Below, piece by piece: positions 26,650 to 39,610 of a DNA stretch of 64,000 nucleotides (the first letter of the stretch is position 1; every line of letters begins with the position of its first letter). The notes beneath the pieces are model-generated. The model was given only the letters and a program-made list of their open reading frames with translations. It made no database searches and had not been told where the DNA came from. The stretch covers positions 43,960,001 through 44,024,000 of the forward strand of contig NC_087437.1 in the NCBI RefSeq assembly GCF_036321535.1, in the 5' to 3' direction. The DNA is from Camelus dromedarius. Its lineage: Eukaryota. The translations under genes and the position numbers were made by a program.

Positions 26650-27420
26650 TTTTTAAAAAAATTAAGCATTTTATTGAATTTTGACATATATATATATAGA
26701 AAAAGTGGCAATTAAAAATGTTAATTTTTTCAGAGGTTTTTTCTTTCAGAGTAGAAATTGATCTTTTTTTTTTTCAGAGTAAAAGTTGCACCATGAATTC
26801 TCCACCCATCAGAAAAGTCAGAAAGTAGAATATTATCATTACTCCAGATACCCTCCATTCTTCCCAAATGTGGCCATCATCCTGATTTCTAACATCATAG
26901 ATTAGATTTGGCCTTTACTGAACATTATAAAAATGAACCATATAGTATGTGTTTTTTGTGTCCAGCTTTTTTCATTCAAAGCTATGTTTCTGAGACTCAT
27001 TGATATTTCTGCTGGATCAATAGTTCATTTGTTTTCATTACTGTATAATATTACATTGAAAGAATCTATCTGTTTATTCATCTTACTGACAGCCATCAGA
27101 TTGTTTCTGTGAAAAATATTGCTCTGGATATTTGTACACATATCTTTTAGTGAGTATTTTCATGAGTGTTGCAGGATATACACCTAGAGTGCAAATTCTA
27201 GGTTATATAATATGCATATTTTCAGCTTTAGCAGACACCAGCAAGTGTTCCAAAGTGGGTGTTCCAATTTACGTACTCTTCAACAATATATGATAGTCCA
27301 AGTCACAACAGTTCTTGTAAACACTTGTTTTCAGAATTTTTAATCTTAGCTGAATAGTTATTTTTTTTTCTTGATGCCTAATAACATTGATCAACTTTTT
27401 ATATGTTTTTGCACATCTTT
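26650..27420 (-). mobile_element. Old L1M (L1MD/ME-like) 3' end
   Basis: 'ccatcatcctgatttctaacatcatagattag', 'ggatatacacctagagtgcaaattctaggttatat...ttccaaagtgg'. Confidence 0.75.
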
Positions 27421-27451
27421 TGAAATTTAATTTTTTGTGTCAGGGAGGCAA

Positions 27452-27650
27452 TTTTTTAAAACTTGAAGTATGGTTAATGTACAATATTATATGTTAGAGG
27501 TATACAATACAGTGATTCACAGTTTTTAAAAGTTATGCTCCATCTATAGTTATCATAAAATATTGGCTGTGTTCACTGTGTTGTACAATATATCCTTACA
27601 GCTTGTTTTATATGTAATAGTTTGTACCTCTTAACTCCCTATCCCTATAC
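27452..27650 (-). mobile_element. Short L1MA-type 3' end
   Basis: 'ttgaagtatggttaatgtacaatattatatgttag...aaaatattggctgtgttcactgtgttgtacaatatatcctta...agtttgtacctctta'. Confidence 0.8.
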
Positions 27651-30600
27651 CAGATGGTCAGTCTAAGTCACTGGTGTGTGGATTTTTATTTTTTTCATGA
27701 AAGATAAGGAGATATTTTGACATATGACAATTAGTTAAATAGAATACTTTCTGCTGGAGGAATTTGGAGCATAGATCACCAAATATGTTTTACATACCCA
27801 CACTATATAAGGAATTGTTCAAAGTGTTGGGGCACCTAGGTAAATGACATCATCTTCCTTCAAGAAACTCACTGTTTAACTGCAATACAATTTCAATTTC
27901 ATAATAGAAATAAAAATAAATATTATGGGAATTTGGAAGAAGAAACATTTAATTTAGACTTTGGGGATCTGGGTTAGCTTCATGGGTGCGAATATATTTG
28001 ACTTGGGCCTTGAAGGAATAATAGAAAGTTGGCAACTTAAAAAGGTAGAAAGATGGCATTCCAAACCAAGGCTCAAAAATGCTTTGTATTGTTGGTACTG
28101 AAAATGTACAAATATTGTAGCAATGAATGTCTTTGTTTCAAGGGAAAATGTCTCACTCTTACCCAACTACCCTCCCATCCCCCAGTATATTTATGTGGCT
28201 TTTGTACTTTTAAAGAATTGCCAACATAATACTGAAAATATTTTTGAATATTTGCTTTATATAGAAAAACTCAGTCTTCCCTTTAAGTAACTTATCTGCC
28301 TTTCTACTGGGACCCAGGATGTATAGGAGGAGGCAAATGTTTGGGCTGATACAGAACAAGGGTTTGTTTTTTCGCATTTCATTTATCTCTCCCTTTTTAC
28401 TTCCTCTCTACTTTCACTCACTTTTGTTGTCTACGCTATTTTGTCTGACTTTCTCCTCTCACCTCCAAATTAACTCCATGACCTGAATGTAATACATCAA
28501 TGTATGTTATTATTTATGTTTATAAATGACTTCATTCCTTTTTAACAAAGTCAACATTTTATGAATTCTCAGATTAAAAAAAAAAGTGAGTGTTCTCATT
28601 AATGTTTTTTTCCTGTGATTTAGTAGTCCTGGGCAGGAAAAAGTTTCTCAGCCTACTTATATTATAGGTTATATGCATTATCAATATTTGGCTGAATGCA
28701 GTTCATTTTCAAGATGTGATTTAGGTTTTGGTCTACTCCTTTCTTGTTTTAATGAGTTTTGCTAGGAATTCATAAAAATGCTGTGAATTTGCTATACCTT
28801 TCTTACACGGTAGCTTTTGAGTATCTAATGTGAACTTCAAGGGATGGTTTGTACATTTAGTGACTTTTGGAAATAAGTGTTCTATTTTTAAATTAGTCTT
28901 TAGGGGAAAAATACCTAAGGAAGTTTTGAGATTATTTCTACTTAGGAAGACAGACCGCTTAGGAATGACATTTGCACTCCAGAGCGGCTGCAGAAATGGG
29001 TTCATCTGGTTAACCTTCATCTGAATTGCCATCGTCTACTTGATCCTATGAAACAACTGGTGAAAGAAAAAATAAATGTTAATTAGGAAGCTTTTCAAGA
29101 TTAATTTTTTTTCATTTTCAGAAAGTGAAGTGCTCACCACTTTCCATGTTAAATAAGGTTCCTCTCTTGGCAACATAGGCTTTGCTGCAGTAATTGTGTG
29201 CTCGCAGCAAATACTTGATGGTGGAAAAGACAAGTGCAAAAAGCAATTTTTGCAACAGCCAACCAGAACAGCCTGTTCTGTTCCCAATAAATTAATGGAT
29301 TTAACCTTGCAGCTGTAGCGGTGCTATTATGCAAATATTCTCTGAGTATTATGAAAGCCAACTGATTCTCTATAAAGAAAGTTGTTTCTTTCTTCCCGAG
29401 CATTCTAAGTGACTAGATAATTGACACATTGTATAACTATGTTAAGTGAAGGAAAAAAAATATTTTCAGTAAATCTACTGAGTTTCATTTTGTGTTCCAA
29501 TGTTTTCAGCAATTTACAGAGGCTCTTACTTAGAACAATATTATTTAGCACAGTAAATTCAAGTGTCCACAGACAACCTCCTAGAAAAAGAAGAAATGAA
29601 AAATATTAGATGGCTCTTTACTCTCTAGTTTGCTGATTTTAATTCAGACAGAAATTTAAATTTCCTTTAATATTATTGAATTGCAGTTGTCTGGTCATGC
29701 TGAATGTCTTCAAAGCAATGTATTTGCATTAAGATGGACTAGATAAGTGTGTGCTAATTATTTGATCAAGTTGATAGCCACTTTGGTTTTTAAAGCTGAT
29801 CTTAGATTTAGACCACATATGAAACACTTACAGTTGAAAGTTCACTCTCAGTAATTGACCAGTTGTGAAGATCTCTTCAAGTGCTCTTCACTCAGTTGAA
29901 GTTCCCATGGCTAATGAAATTTTTGATGATTTAAAAATATTGGAAAAGAGAAAGTATAATAGTGGGAACAGTGGTGGTTTCATTGTGGTAAGACTGTAGT
30001 CATTGGATGGGGAAAATAATGACCTTGTGAATTACTACAATTTTATATGAACAATTTACATATATTACTTCTGGCTTTGTCATAGCCAGTATTCATCTTA
30101 TGCAGGCTTTATATTATTAGGTCATATAAAATCAGTTTTTAAAACATGTACCCCAAAGTGTTTTGTAAACTATTACAGACACATACATAGATACTAAAGA
30201 CTATAATAACTGCAGTTATATAATTGAAAGACCACTAGATTTGAAATCTGAAGCTCTAGATTTTTGTACTTTGAATTTTTTAACCTCTTAAAGATGTTTT
30301 CTTTGTCTATAAAAAAATGCCTAAAAGTAGATTAAACGAGGCAATATATGTCAAAGAGCCTTATAAACTTTAAATCACAAGATAAACATATTATTCTTTA
30401 ATGATATTAATCTGTATTTATGTTATTATCTTTCAGTAAAGTATTTACAAGTCAGCATTTCACCTCAAGTTCATAATTCTCACATTTGCATTCTAAACAA
30501 AATGCTTTGAGATTTTTGTATCTCAATTTTAAATTTTTTATCAAGTCATTATAGAAAAATATTTACGAAAACTAAAAGTGAATCAAATTTAAGAAGTTAA

Positions 30601-31212
30601 CATTGCCATTACTTTTTATAAACTCTGGCATATGTAGTTAGATTCATCAGAATTCTTGATTTTGATTCAGTCATCATTTGTCATATGGGCTTTTTATGCT
30701 ATCTATCCGTCCATCCATTCTTTCTTTTTTTCCTGTGTTTATAATACCTTTGTACCCACTATTCAGCTTTCATCTATGTAGATACTTCTCTTCCAGCATA
30801 TTTCTCTGTCTTACCCTAGTCATGCAGTAACTCTGTCCTGAAATTGGTGTTTATCATTTCTTTGCTTTTAACTCTGATGGTTTGACACATTTCTTTGTGT
30901 CCTTAAACAATATATTCTTTAGTTTTGCATGCTCTTGGTCTTTGTGATCCAATGTTGAATTTCCTTTCTTGGGACTATTTTTCTATTCAATATTATATCA
31001 GTTTGTCATTCATATCATAGTCTTAATATAATTATACATTGCCTGCATTATGTTATGTGTATTAATTATTATTTTCACAGCTAAATTATATTTCATCATG
31101 TGAATGTATCATTGAATTACTTATTATTCTGTTGATGGCATTTGGTTTTTATCTTTTGTAATTTTTTGGATTTCTTTTCTTTCCTATTTCTAATATAGGC
31201 AGTGCTTATATA

Positions 31213-31872
31213 CAGTCAGCTCTCATTATTCATGTTGGTTGTTATGTTTTATAAAGTTGACTAGAATACTCAATTAACCAACACTAACTCATTGCCTCTA
31301 GGTGAAATACAAGGTTAGGTTCCTGGGAACCTCTGGTCACATTTTCCTCAATCAATCAATATATAACCTTGTTTTATGTGTGCTTCTGTTTAAAGTCACC
31401 TTATGTAATGTAGAGTGTTGATTCACTAACATTGAACTCATGGGTAACAGCATTCTAACTTATGACTTATTGAAGCTTATTAACACATGCATTTTCTCCA
31501 TAAAGCACATGACAGCTTCTTGCACATAGGAACACTAGACAGCACTTCAGCACTACATGTGGTGGCCCTTATGGAAAGCAAAATCACTCACAAACAAAAA
31601 GCACAAAAATGCAAAATGTGTGGCGCTACATAGACCAAAGAGAGTAGACTTGTTTGTAGTATGAGAGCCTAAACAAGATGCAGAGGGTCTCTTTGTTCAA
31701 CCTCAGCTGGGGGGGTAGGGTAGGATGTGCACATAGGCTGCTCTACATTTTTCACCACTCTGCACATACATATATCTTTGAATGACAACAAAAACACAGC
31801 AAGATACAGATAACATTTTAGAAAGTAAGTGAATTCACAAACACAAAATCCATGAATAATGAGGATAGATTG
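31213..31872. mobile_element. MER82 (TcMar-Tigger) near full-length DNA transposon
   Basis: TIRs 'cagtcagctctcattattcatg' / 'catgaataatgaggatagattg', each flanked by TA; internal 'aggaacactagacagcacttcagcacta' as in recalled MER82. Confidence 0.88.
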
Positions 31873-31887
31873 TATGTCTTTCACTGA

Positions 31888-32045
31888 AGTGCTTCTCAAA
31901 CAATAGCTTGGTAAAAGTCAGGTTCCTGTGCCCACCCCCTGAGATTTTGATTTAGTAGGTCGGAAGTGGGATCTCAGATTTTGCATTTCCAACTAGTTTT
32001 TGGGTGATACCAAAATGCCAGTTCATGGAACACACTTCCAGAGCT
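31888..32045. mobile_element. MER5-type hAT MITE
   Basis: 'agtgcttctcaaac...cccacccc..gagattttgatttagtaggtc...ttttgcatttccaactag...ggaacacactt'. Confidence 0.75.
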
Positions 32046-32488
32046 ATTCTTGGTAAATAGATGTAACAAGTCTTCAAGGCATATAACTTCTTGAAATTAC
32101 CATCTGAAAAATTGTGCTAAATTGCTAAGTTATACTTTATACTTGCATTCAACTTTACATATAAGTTGTCAGTTTTCTTCCAAAGTGATTGTACAAGTTT
32201 ACATTCCATATCAGTAGTATTATGAGTGTTCCATGTTCTTGCCACTATTGAATATAAAGGGTGTTTCCATTTTTGCCAGTACTTTATTTTTATTTGCATT
32301 TTTCTAGTCTTGAAAAGGTTGAGTACCTTTCCATTATGCTTATCTTCCTTAGCCATTTCCTCTTGTGTGAAACATTTGTGCAGATCTTTTGTTCATTTGC
32401 CATTGGGTTATTGTTGGTGGGCTAAGTTATATCAGTAGGTACATAGATGTTGAGAATTGTATCTCCTTTGTGGATTGTACTTTTTATT

Positions 32489-33645
32489 TAAACTTTTTTT
32501 TATTGAATTATAGTCATTTTACAATGTTGTGTCCAATTCCAGTGTAGAGCACAATTTTTCAGTTATACATGAACATACATATATTCATTGTCACATTTTT
32601 TTCACTGTGAGCTACTACAAGATCTTGTATTTATTTCCCTGTGCTATACAGTGTAATCTTGTTTATCTATTCCACATATGCCTGTCAGTATCTACAGATT
32701 TTGAACTCCCAGTCTATCCCTTCCCACCCCTCTCCCCCTTGGCAACCACAAGTTTGCATTCTATGTCTATGATTCTGTTTCTGTTTTGTATTTATGTTCT
32801 TTTTTTTGTTTAGATTTGACATATTAGCGATCTCATATGTTTTTTTCTTTCTCTTTCTGGCTTACTTCACTTAGAATGACATTCTCCAGGGACATCCATG
32901 TTGCTGCAAATGGCATTATGTTGTTTTTTATGGCTGAATAGTATTCCATTGTATAAATATACCACATAATAAAAGATATATGACAAACCTACAGCCAGCA
33001 TAATACTCAACAGTGAAAAACTCAAAAGCTTCCCACTAAAATCTGGGACAAGACAAGGCTGCTCACTGTCACCACGCCTATTCAACATAGTCTTGGAAGT
33101 CCTAGCCACAGCAATCAGGCAAGAGAGAGAAATAAAAGGGATCCAAATTGGAAAAGAGGTAAAAGTGTCACTATATGCAGATGACGTGATACTATATATA
33201 GAAAACCCTAAAAGGTCCACACAAAAACTACTAAAACTAATCGAAGAATCCAGCAAGGTAGCAGGTTATAAGATTAACGTTCAAAAATCAGTTGCATTTC
33301 TTTATGCTAATGATGAATCAACAGAAAAAGAAAGTAAAGAAATAATCCCCTTTAAAATAGCACCCAAAGTAAGAAAATACCTAGGAATAAATCTAACCAA
33401 GGAGGTGAAAGACTTATACATGGAAAACTGTAAAACACTGATTAAGGAAATTAAAAAGGACTTAAAAAAATGGAAAGATACCCCATGCTCCTGAATTGGA
33501 AGAATCAATATTGTTAAAATGGTCATACTGCCCAAGGCAATCTACAGATTTAATGCAATCCCTATCAAATTACCCAGGACATATTTCGCTGAACTAGAAC
33601 AAATCATAATAAAATTTATATGGAACCACAAAAGACCTAGAATTG
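32489..33645 (-). mobile_element. Young lineage-specific L1 with 5' inversion and perfect TSD
   Basis: Antisense 3' end 32489-32967; sense ORF2 RT segment ~32968-33645 (ORF 33093-33494 contains [15 protein letters not shown]); direct repeat ttgtggattgtactttttatt at 32468-32488 and 33643-33663. Confidence 0.93.
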
Positions 33646-34569
33646 TGGATTGTACTTTTTATTAGCGTATAAACCCTCTTTATCTCTAGTAAATTTTGCT
33701 TGTCATAATTCTTAAGTTGACAATTATTTTCTGTTTGTGTATCACAGACACTGGTCAACTTTTGATGCTCCTGCAAAGTGAGCTGTCACTTTGTTATATA
33801 TGTGAAAATTAGCTACTTTTCTCTTTGATTGCTTTTCAGATAATTTACTTCTCTTTGCTGTTGTTCAGATTTACTATGCTCTGCATAGATATGAATTTTT
33901 ATTTATTTATTCTGTTTAGACTTTATTGAATTTCCCAAATCTTTGGTTGATATCTTTGATCAGTTCTGAAAAATTCCCATTCCTTGCTTCTAATATTGCC
34001 TGTGTTCTATTCTCTCTTCTCCATCTGTCACTCCAATAGAACTTTTAACTTTCTTCATCTTTTTTGTCTTAATTTCCCTTCCCCATTTTCCATCTTCTTT
34101 CTCTATGCTGCACTGTGGATAATTTCTTCATGTAGATTTTCTTTTTCACTGCTTCCCGTTTCATCTTTGTCTAAACTTCTATTGAAACTTACGGAGTTTT
34201 AAATTAAATTATTGTATTTTTAATTCTAGAATTTCTATTTGATCCTTTTGCAAATAAACTGATTCATAATAGATTTTTGATCCCTTTTATTTCAATACAC
34301 ACATTAAACATACTTAGTTATATTCTGTACCTGATAATTCCAATTTTAAATTATATATGTAAATCACATTTGTATCCCACATTGTATTTCTGTTGGAGAG
34401 TGTTGCCCTAGGAATTGAGTAACCTTCCTGGACCATGAGGTAAAGGAACAACATGGAGTGACCCTGGGAACCTGAGACCTAGGACTTGATCTGAATTAAT
34501 GCTCCGAGACTTCTTTTAGTTATTACAGAATCCTCTTATGTAATGGAGAAGGTGATGTAGGAGGGGACA

Positions 34570-34800
34570 CAGAAAATAAATTAATAAACATATATCAGAT
34601 CATGGTTAAGTGCAATGAAAAATAAAGCGGGTGAGGTGATAGAGAATAACTGGGAGAGTAAATGAGTAGGCATAATAAATTATTAAGAGAAGATCCCTCT
34701 GGTGAGGGGAAATTTCACAGAAACTGAGTAAAGTAAGGGGGAAGTTATGTGACTCTGTAGGGGAGAATTTTCTTTGAAGATAGAATAGCATGGACAATGA
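34570..34800 (-). mobile_element. L2 fragment
   Basis: 'ttaagtgcaatgaaaaataaagcgggtgaggtgatagagaa...ccctctggtgagggga...gaagatagaatagcatggacaa'. Confidence 0.65.
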
Positions 34801-34809
34801 AGTGGAGAA

Positions 34810-36900
34810 AGTATACTGTCACCCAGCAGTGCTAGCAGTGTAACAGCTCTGGAAGGAACATTCTGGCAAAATTATTAAAATTAAAAATACATAAACTTTT
34901 GCCTCACAACCCCATCTCAGAAACTCTATTCCATAGAAGATAAGACATTAAATTTATTAATATGTAGCATATATTAATACTGATGGTTATTTTGGCAGTG
35001 TTTGGCAAAATATTGGAACAAAGTAAATGGCTCTCAATAGAAAAGAATGGAAGAATAAATTAATATACTGCATCATGTGGTATTATATAGCCACAAAAAC
35101 ATGAAATATGGGTACAATTATTAATATTGGAGTGGTCCCTGCAGTATTTTTGAGTAAAAAGATCAAAATGTAGAAAACTGTGTGTATTATGATCTTTTTT
35201 AACAGATACAGAATAAATCCCTGCAAATAAGTAAGAGTATAAATTTTAAAACAAATGTATGTCTAATTTTATCACCATAGAGAAAAAATATGATATTTAT
35301 ATATTGGCTTGACATGAATCACTGGTAATGAGAGTAATAAACTAAAAACAGAAAATAAAATATAATACATGACTTTTGGGGTATTTTTGTATTTATATTC
35401 AGCTTTGTAGAATTGAATATACCATATAAACATATAGACATATATCAGCATTCTTCTATTATGTCTCAAATCTTTACAAAATATGGTCTTTGGCCAAAAA
35501 GAAAAAATTCTAAAAATAATATATTTGATAGGTAACATTTGCTTTTTAGAATTTAATAAAATCAACATACCAAAAGCAAAAAAAAAAAAAAAAAGCAAAT
35601 AAACAAAAACCAAACCAAAAAAAAAAAAAAACAACAAAAAACTGATACCACCCACAAATGTTTTATCCACTTTAGGGAAAACAAAATAACAAAACACTTT
35701 TCTAAATAGCTCTGGGATTAGAGAGTAATTTGCAATATAAAATATTTTGCAATGGATACAGCTGAAGCTTTACTAAGAGAAAATACATTGCCTTATATAT
35801 TTATTTTTTTAAAGGCTGAATATAGTAATCTAAACATTCTAATTAATGATAAGCTAATATAAATTTTAAAGTACAATATAATTGTTAAAGATGAAAGTAA
35901 AGTACATGACATAGAACTAAATGTATAGCAATGATTAATAAACCAAACTTGGTTCTTTGAACATATTAAATCAGAAAATGATAAGCCCATTAAAAAAAAG
36001 ACACATATTAAAAATAGAAACTCAAGATATAAAAGGAGCAAAAACCATACTACAGAAGATTTATGAATAATTATGAGATTATAAGATATTTCTATAACAA
36101 TAAGTTTAAAATTCAGAGAAACTGCAGATTTTCTAAATTCTAAATAAATAAAATGTTACCATGCCAAAAGATATTGAACTAATTATATGTCTAGTAGGGC
36201 ATTTTCCAATAATGGAGAGATAAGTTTGTAATGGAAAATTTTAAAATTTTAGAAATGCAGTAGTATAATCTATTATAACATCAAATTACAGTACAGAACA
36301 CATGTGAATTTACTTACAGAAGTTCGAAAGTATTTTATAAAATGTATTGACACATTTTTGTTCTTTTTGCACACATACTAGAATTTGAAAATCTAAGTGC
36401 AAAATACATTAAGAGAAACTACCTAAATATGACAAAGACTTTTTCTAAAAATTTAACGTTCATTTTTTCCCCTATAGCTAAAGTATTTACCATTATAATG
36501 GGAGGACCAAAATATGAAGCTCAACCATTAATTATTCAACACTGCTTTTTAGGTTGTTGCTAACGCAATCACCATACATACATACAAAATATGTGATACT
36601 GACAATGGAGAAGAAGAGACAGAATTGTTATTTGCAGATGATTTAATTGGCATGCCTGGATAACTAAAAATCAGTTAGAGCAAGTAAATAAGTAAAGTAA
36701 ATAGATTCAGGTAAAAATATTCAAAAATCCATACTTTTTTTTTTTTTACCATAATGAACCTTTAAAAATTAAAATTGAAAATAAAAATCTCATTCATAAT
36801 AATGGAAAAATTTATGAAACACTTAAAAACAAATTTTACACAAATGGTCCAGAATCACAAAGTTTAGTTTATAATATTGTTAAAGAAGAGAAAATTATGG
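34810..36900 (+). mobile_element. Highly decayed old L1M fragments (ORF2/3' region)
   Basis: A-rich sense text with L1 remnants, e.g. 'aaaccaaacttggttctttgaa', 'gttatttgcagatgatttaattg' (decayed FADD region). Confidence 0.5.
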
Positions 36901-37042
36901 GACTAATTATAGATGCTTAATTGCTATGAAGACTTGCTATATTTCTTAATTGCTATGAAGACAAGCTTTACTTAAATTAAAATCAGTCCCAAATGATGAA
37001 GATGACATCTCATTTTTGAGATTTAAGAAAAGCATGGGAGGA

Positions 37043-39260
37043 GGAAAGATCAATATGGCAGGGAAGGAGGACCCTGGGCTCACCTTCCCTCATGAACACT
37101 TCAAAACTATAGTTATGTATAAGGTGACTCTCACTGAAATCATCTCAGGGACCAGCAGAACAGCTCTTCTACAAACAAGGCTGTAAAGAAAGATCCATAT
37201 GAGATTTGATAGGAAGGGAGGAGAAGCAATCTGGTTGGGACCCACACCCCTAACAGAGGACAAAGAAGAAGAGAAGGATATCAAAGACTCAAGGATCCTC
37301 CCTGAAGAACAAGGGGTTTGAGCCAGCTATTAGACATTCCAGCTCTGGGGTCCAACACTGGGAAGATGAGCCCTCTTAGCTGGTTTAAAAACCAGTAGGA
37401 ATTACCATAGAGCTGTAAGAAGCCCAGACTTTGCTCTTAAAAAGTGGGCACACAGAGCAGAGGCAGCAGATTGAAAATTGCCTGGGGCTCTGGAGGATCA
37501 GCTTGCCAGGACTACCCAGGTGCGCCCTCACAGCCTGCACCATTACTAAAGATGATACAGGTAAATGAAAGATTTCCCATGTTCATGGATTGAATTAATT
37601 AATACTGTTAAAATGTTCATAGTACCCAAAGCAATCTATGGATTTAATGCAGTCCTATCAAAATACACATGACAGTTTGTCAGAACTAGAACAAATAATC
37701 CTTAAATTTGTATTGAACCATAAAAGACCCGAATAGCCAAAGTAATCTTTAGAAAAAAGAACAAAGCTAGAGGTATCATGCTCCCTGACTTCAGGCTGTA
37801 CTACTGTAATCAAAACAGTCAGGATTCTGGCACAAAAAAGCCACACAGATCAAAGGAACAGAATAGAGCACCCATATGGCCGATTAATCTACGACAAATA
37901 AGGCAAAAATAAATGATGAGGAAAAGATAACCTCTCTAATAAGTGATGTTGGGAAAACTGGATATAAAGTGTAAAAGAATGAAATCAGAACATTTTCTCA
38001 CACCATATACAAAAATAAACCTAAAATGGATTAAAGACTAAACATAAAATCAGAAACCATAAAATTCCTAGGAGAAAATATTGGCAAAACTCTTTTACAT
38101 AAGTCTTAGCAATTATTTTTTGGATCTGTTACCTCAGGCAAGGGAAACAAAAGCAAAAATAAACAAATGGGACCTATTTAACCTTAAAAGCTTTTGCACA
38201 GCAAAAGAAACCATCAACAGAATGAAAACACAACCTACTAAATGGGAGAAGGTATTTAAATGATACATCTAATAAGGTGTTAATATCCAAAATATATAAA
38301 CAGCTCATGTGACTCAATATAAGAATAGCAAACAATCTGATTTAAAAATTGGCAAGAAGACCGGAGTAGACTTTTTCAAAGAAAACATAGATGGCCAACA
38401 AGCATTTTAAAAGATGCTCAACATCACTACATATCAGTGAAATGCAAATCAAAACTACAGTGAGATATTGCCTCACACCTGTCATAATTGCTATAGTCAA
38501 AAATAACAACAACAAATAATAAATGTTGGCAAGAGGTGGAGAAAAGGGAACATTCATGCACTGTTGGTGGAGATATAAATCAGTACAGCAACTCTGGAAA
38601 AAATTATGGAGGTTCCTCAAAAAATGAAAAATAGAACTACTATGATTTGGCAGTTTCACTCCTAGGTATATATTTGAAGAAAATGAAAACACTAATTAGA
38701 AAAGACATATGCATCCCAATGATCATAGCAGCATTATTTACGCTAGCCAAGATATGGAAGCAACCCACGTATCCATGAGCAGATGAATGGGTAAGTAAAC
38801 TGTAGCATATTATGTATACAATGGAATATTACTCAGCCATAAAAAGAATGAAAATTTTGCCATTTACAACAACATCGATGAACCTGGAGGGTATTATACT
38901 TAGTGAAATAAGTCAGACAGAGAAAGGCAAATATTGTCTGTTTTCACTTATATGAGGAATCTAAAAATAAAACAAATGGATATAACAAACCAGAAACAGA
39001 TTCATAGATATAGAGAACAAACTTTTGGTTACCAGCTTAGAGAAGGGGAGGGGGAGAGAAAAGATAGGGGAAGGTACTTAAGAGGTACAGGCTACTACGT
39101 ATAAAATAAATAAGAAAACAAGGATATGATATACAGTGCAGGGAACATAATTTTTATAATAACTTTAAATGGAGTATAATCTATAAAAATATCAAACCAC
39201 TATGTTGCATACCTGAATCTAATACTAAATTGTAAATAAACTATACTTCAGTAAAAAATA
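37043..39260 (+). mobile_element. L1MA-type L1 retaining 5' UTR and 3' end but lacking ORF1 and most of ORF2
   Basis: 5' UTR-like 37043-~37545, ORF2 3' portion from ~37546 (ORF 38081-38263 ...KINKWDLFNLKSFCTAKETINRMK), 3' UTR to ~39260; probable TSD 37028-37042 / 39272-39286. Confidence 0.85.
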
Positions 39261-39429
39261 TGTTAACATAAAAAGGCATAGGAGGATACAGAGGACTGTT
39301 TACAGTGGTTACTTAAAGGTGGTAGGACAGGAAGGGGTCAGGAAGGCTAGCTATGCTTTATACTTCTCTGTGTTGTTTCCATAAGGTTTTATTTTTGTCA
39401 ACATGTCATAGGAATTTTTTCTAAGTATG

Positions 39430-39610
39430 TGCGAACTTTGGATGCAGATAGACTCTATACTTGTCTGTGCTTGTTTTTTTTATTTACTAGTTAGATTGGG
39501 AAAGTCACTTGATCTGTCTAAGCCTCAATTTCTGTATATTTAAAGTGGGGATAATAATGACTATTCCCTCATGTGGTTGATGTGAGGATTAAACAAGCTG
39601 TATGAAACTC
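39430..39610 (+). mobile_element. MIR SINE
   Basis: 'ttgggaaagtcacttgatctgtctaagcctcaatttctgtatatttaaagtggggataataat...gtgaggattaaa'. Confidence 0.8.

Larger units (their letters stand above)
30500..34400 (-). mobile_element. Ancient fragmented L1ME-like element hosting MER82, MER5 and a young L1
   Basis: Antisense 3' end text ~30500-31200, ORF2-end text ~32050-32460 ('ttccaaagtgattgtacaagtttacattcc'), 5'/ORF1-like T-rich text ~33780-34400. Confidence 0.55.

Noticed and set aside
33093..33494. ORF with reverse-transcriptase YADD motif as a possible novel RT system
   Set aside because: It is ordinary LINE-1 ORF2, truncated, with a stop, and part of an inverted L1 insertion
19995..33645. Long-range inverted repeat between the L1 ORF2 pieces at 19995-20526 and ~33186-33645
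   Set aside because: Many mismatches by eye and different insertion structures; two independent L1 copies 13 kb apart, not a designed structure
35272..35697. 141-aa hydrophobic ORF on the minus strand
   Set aside because: Poly-Phe comes from the A-rich run at ~35572-35642; low-complexity artefact
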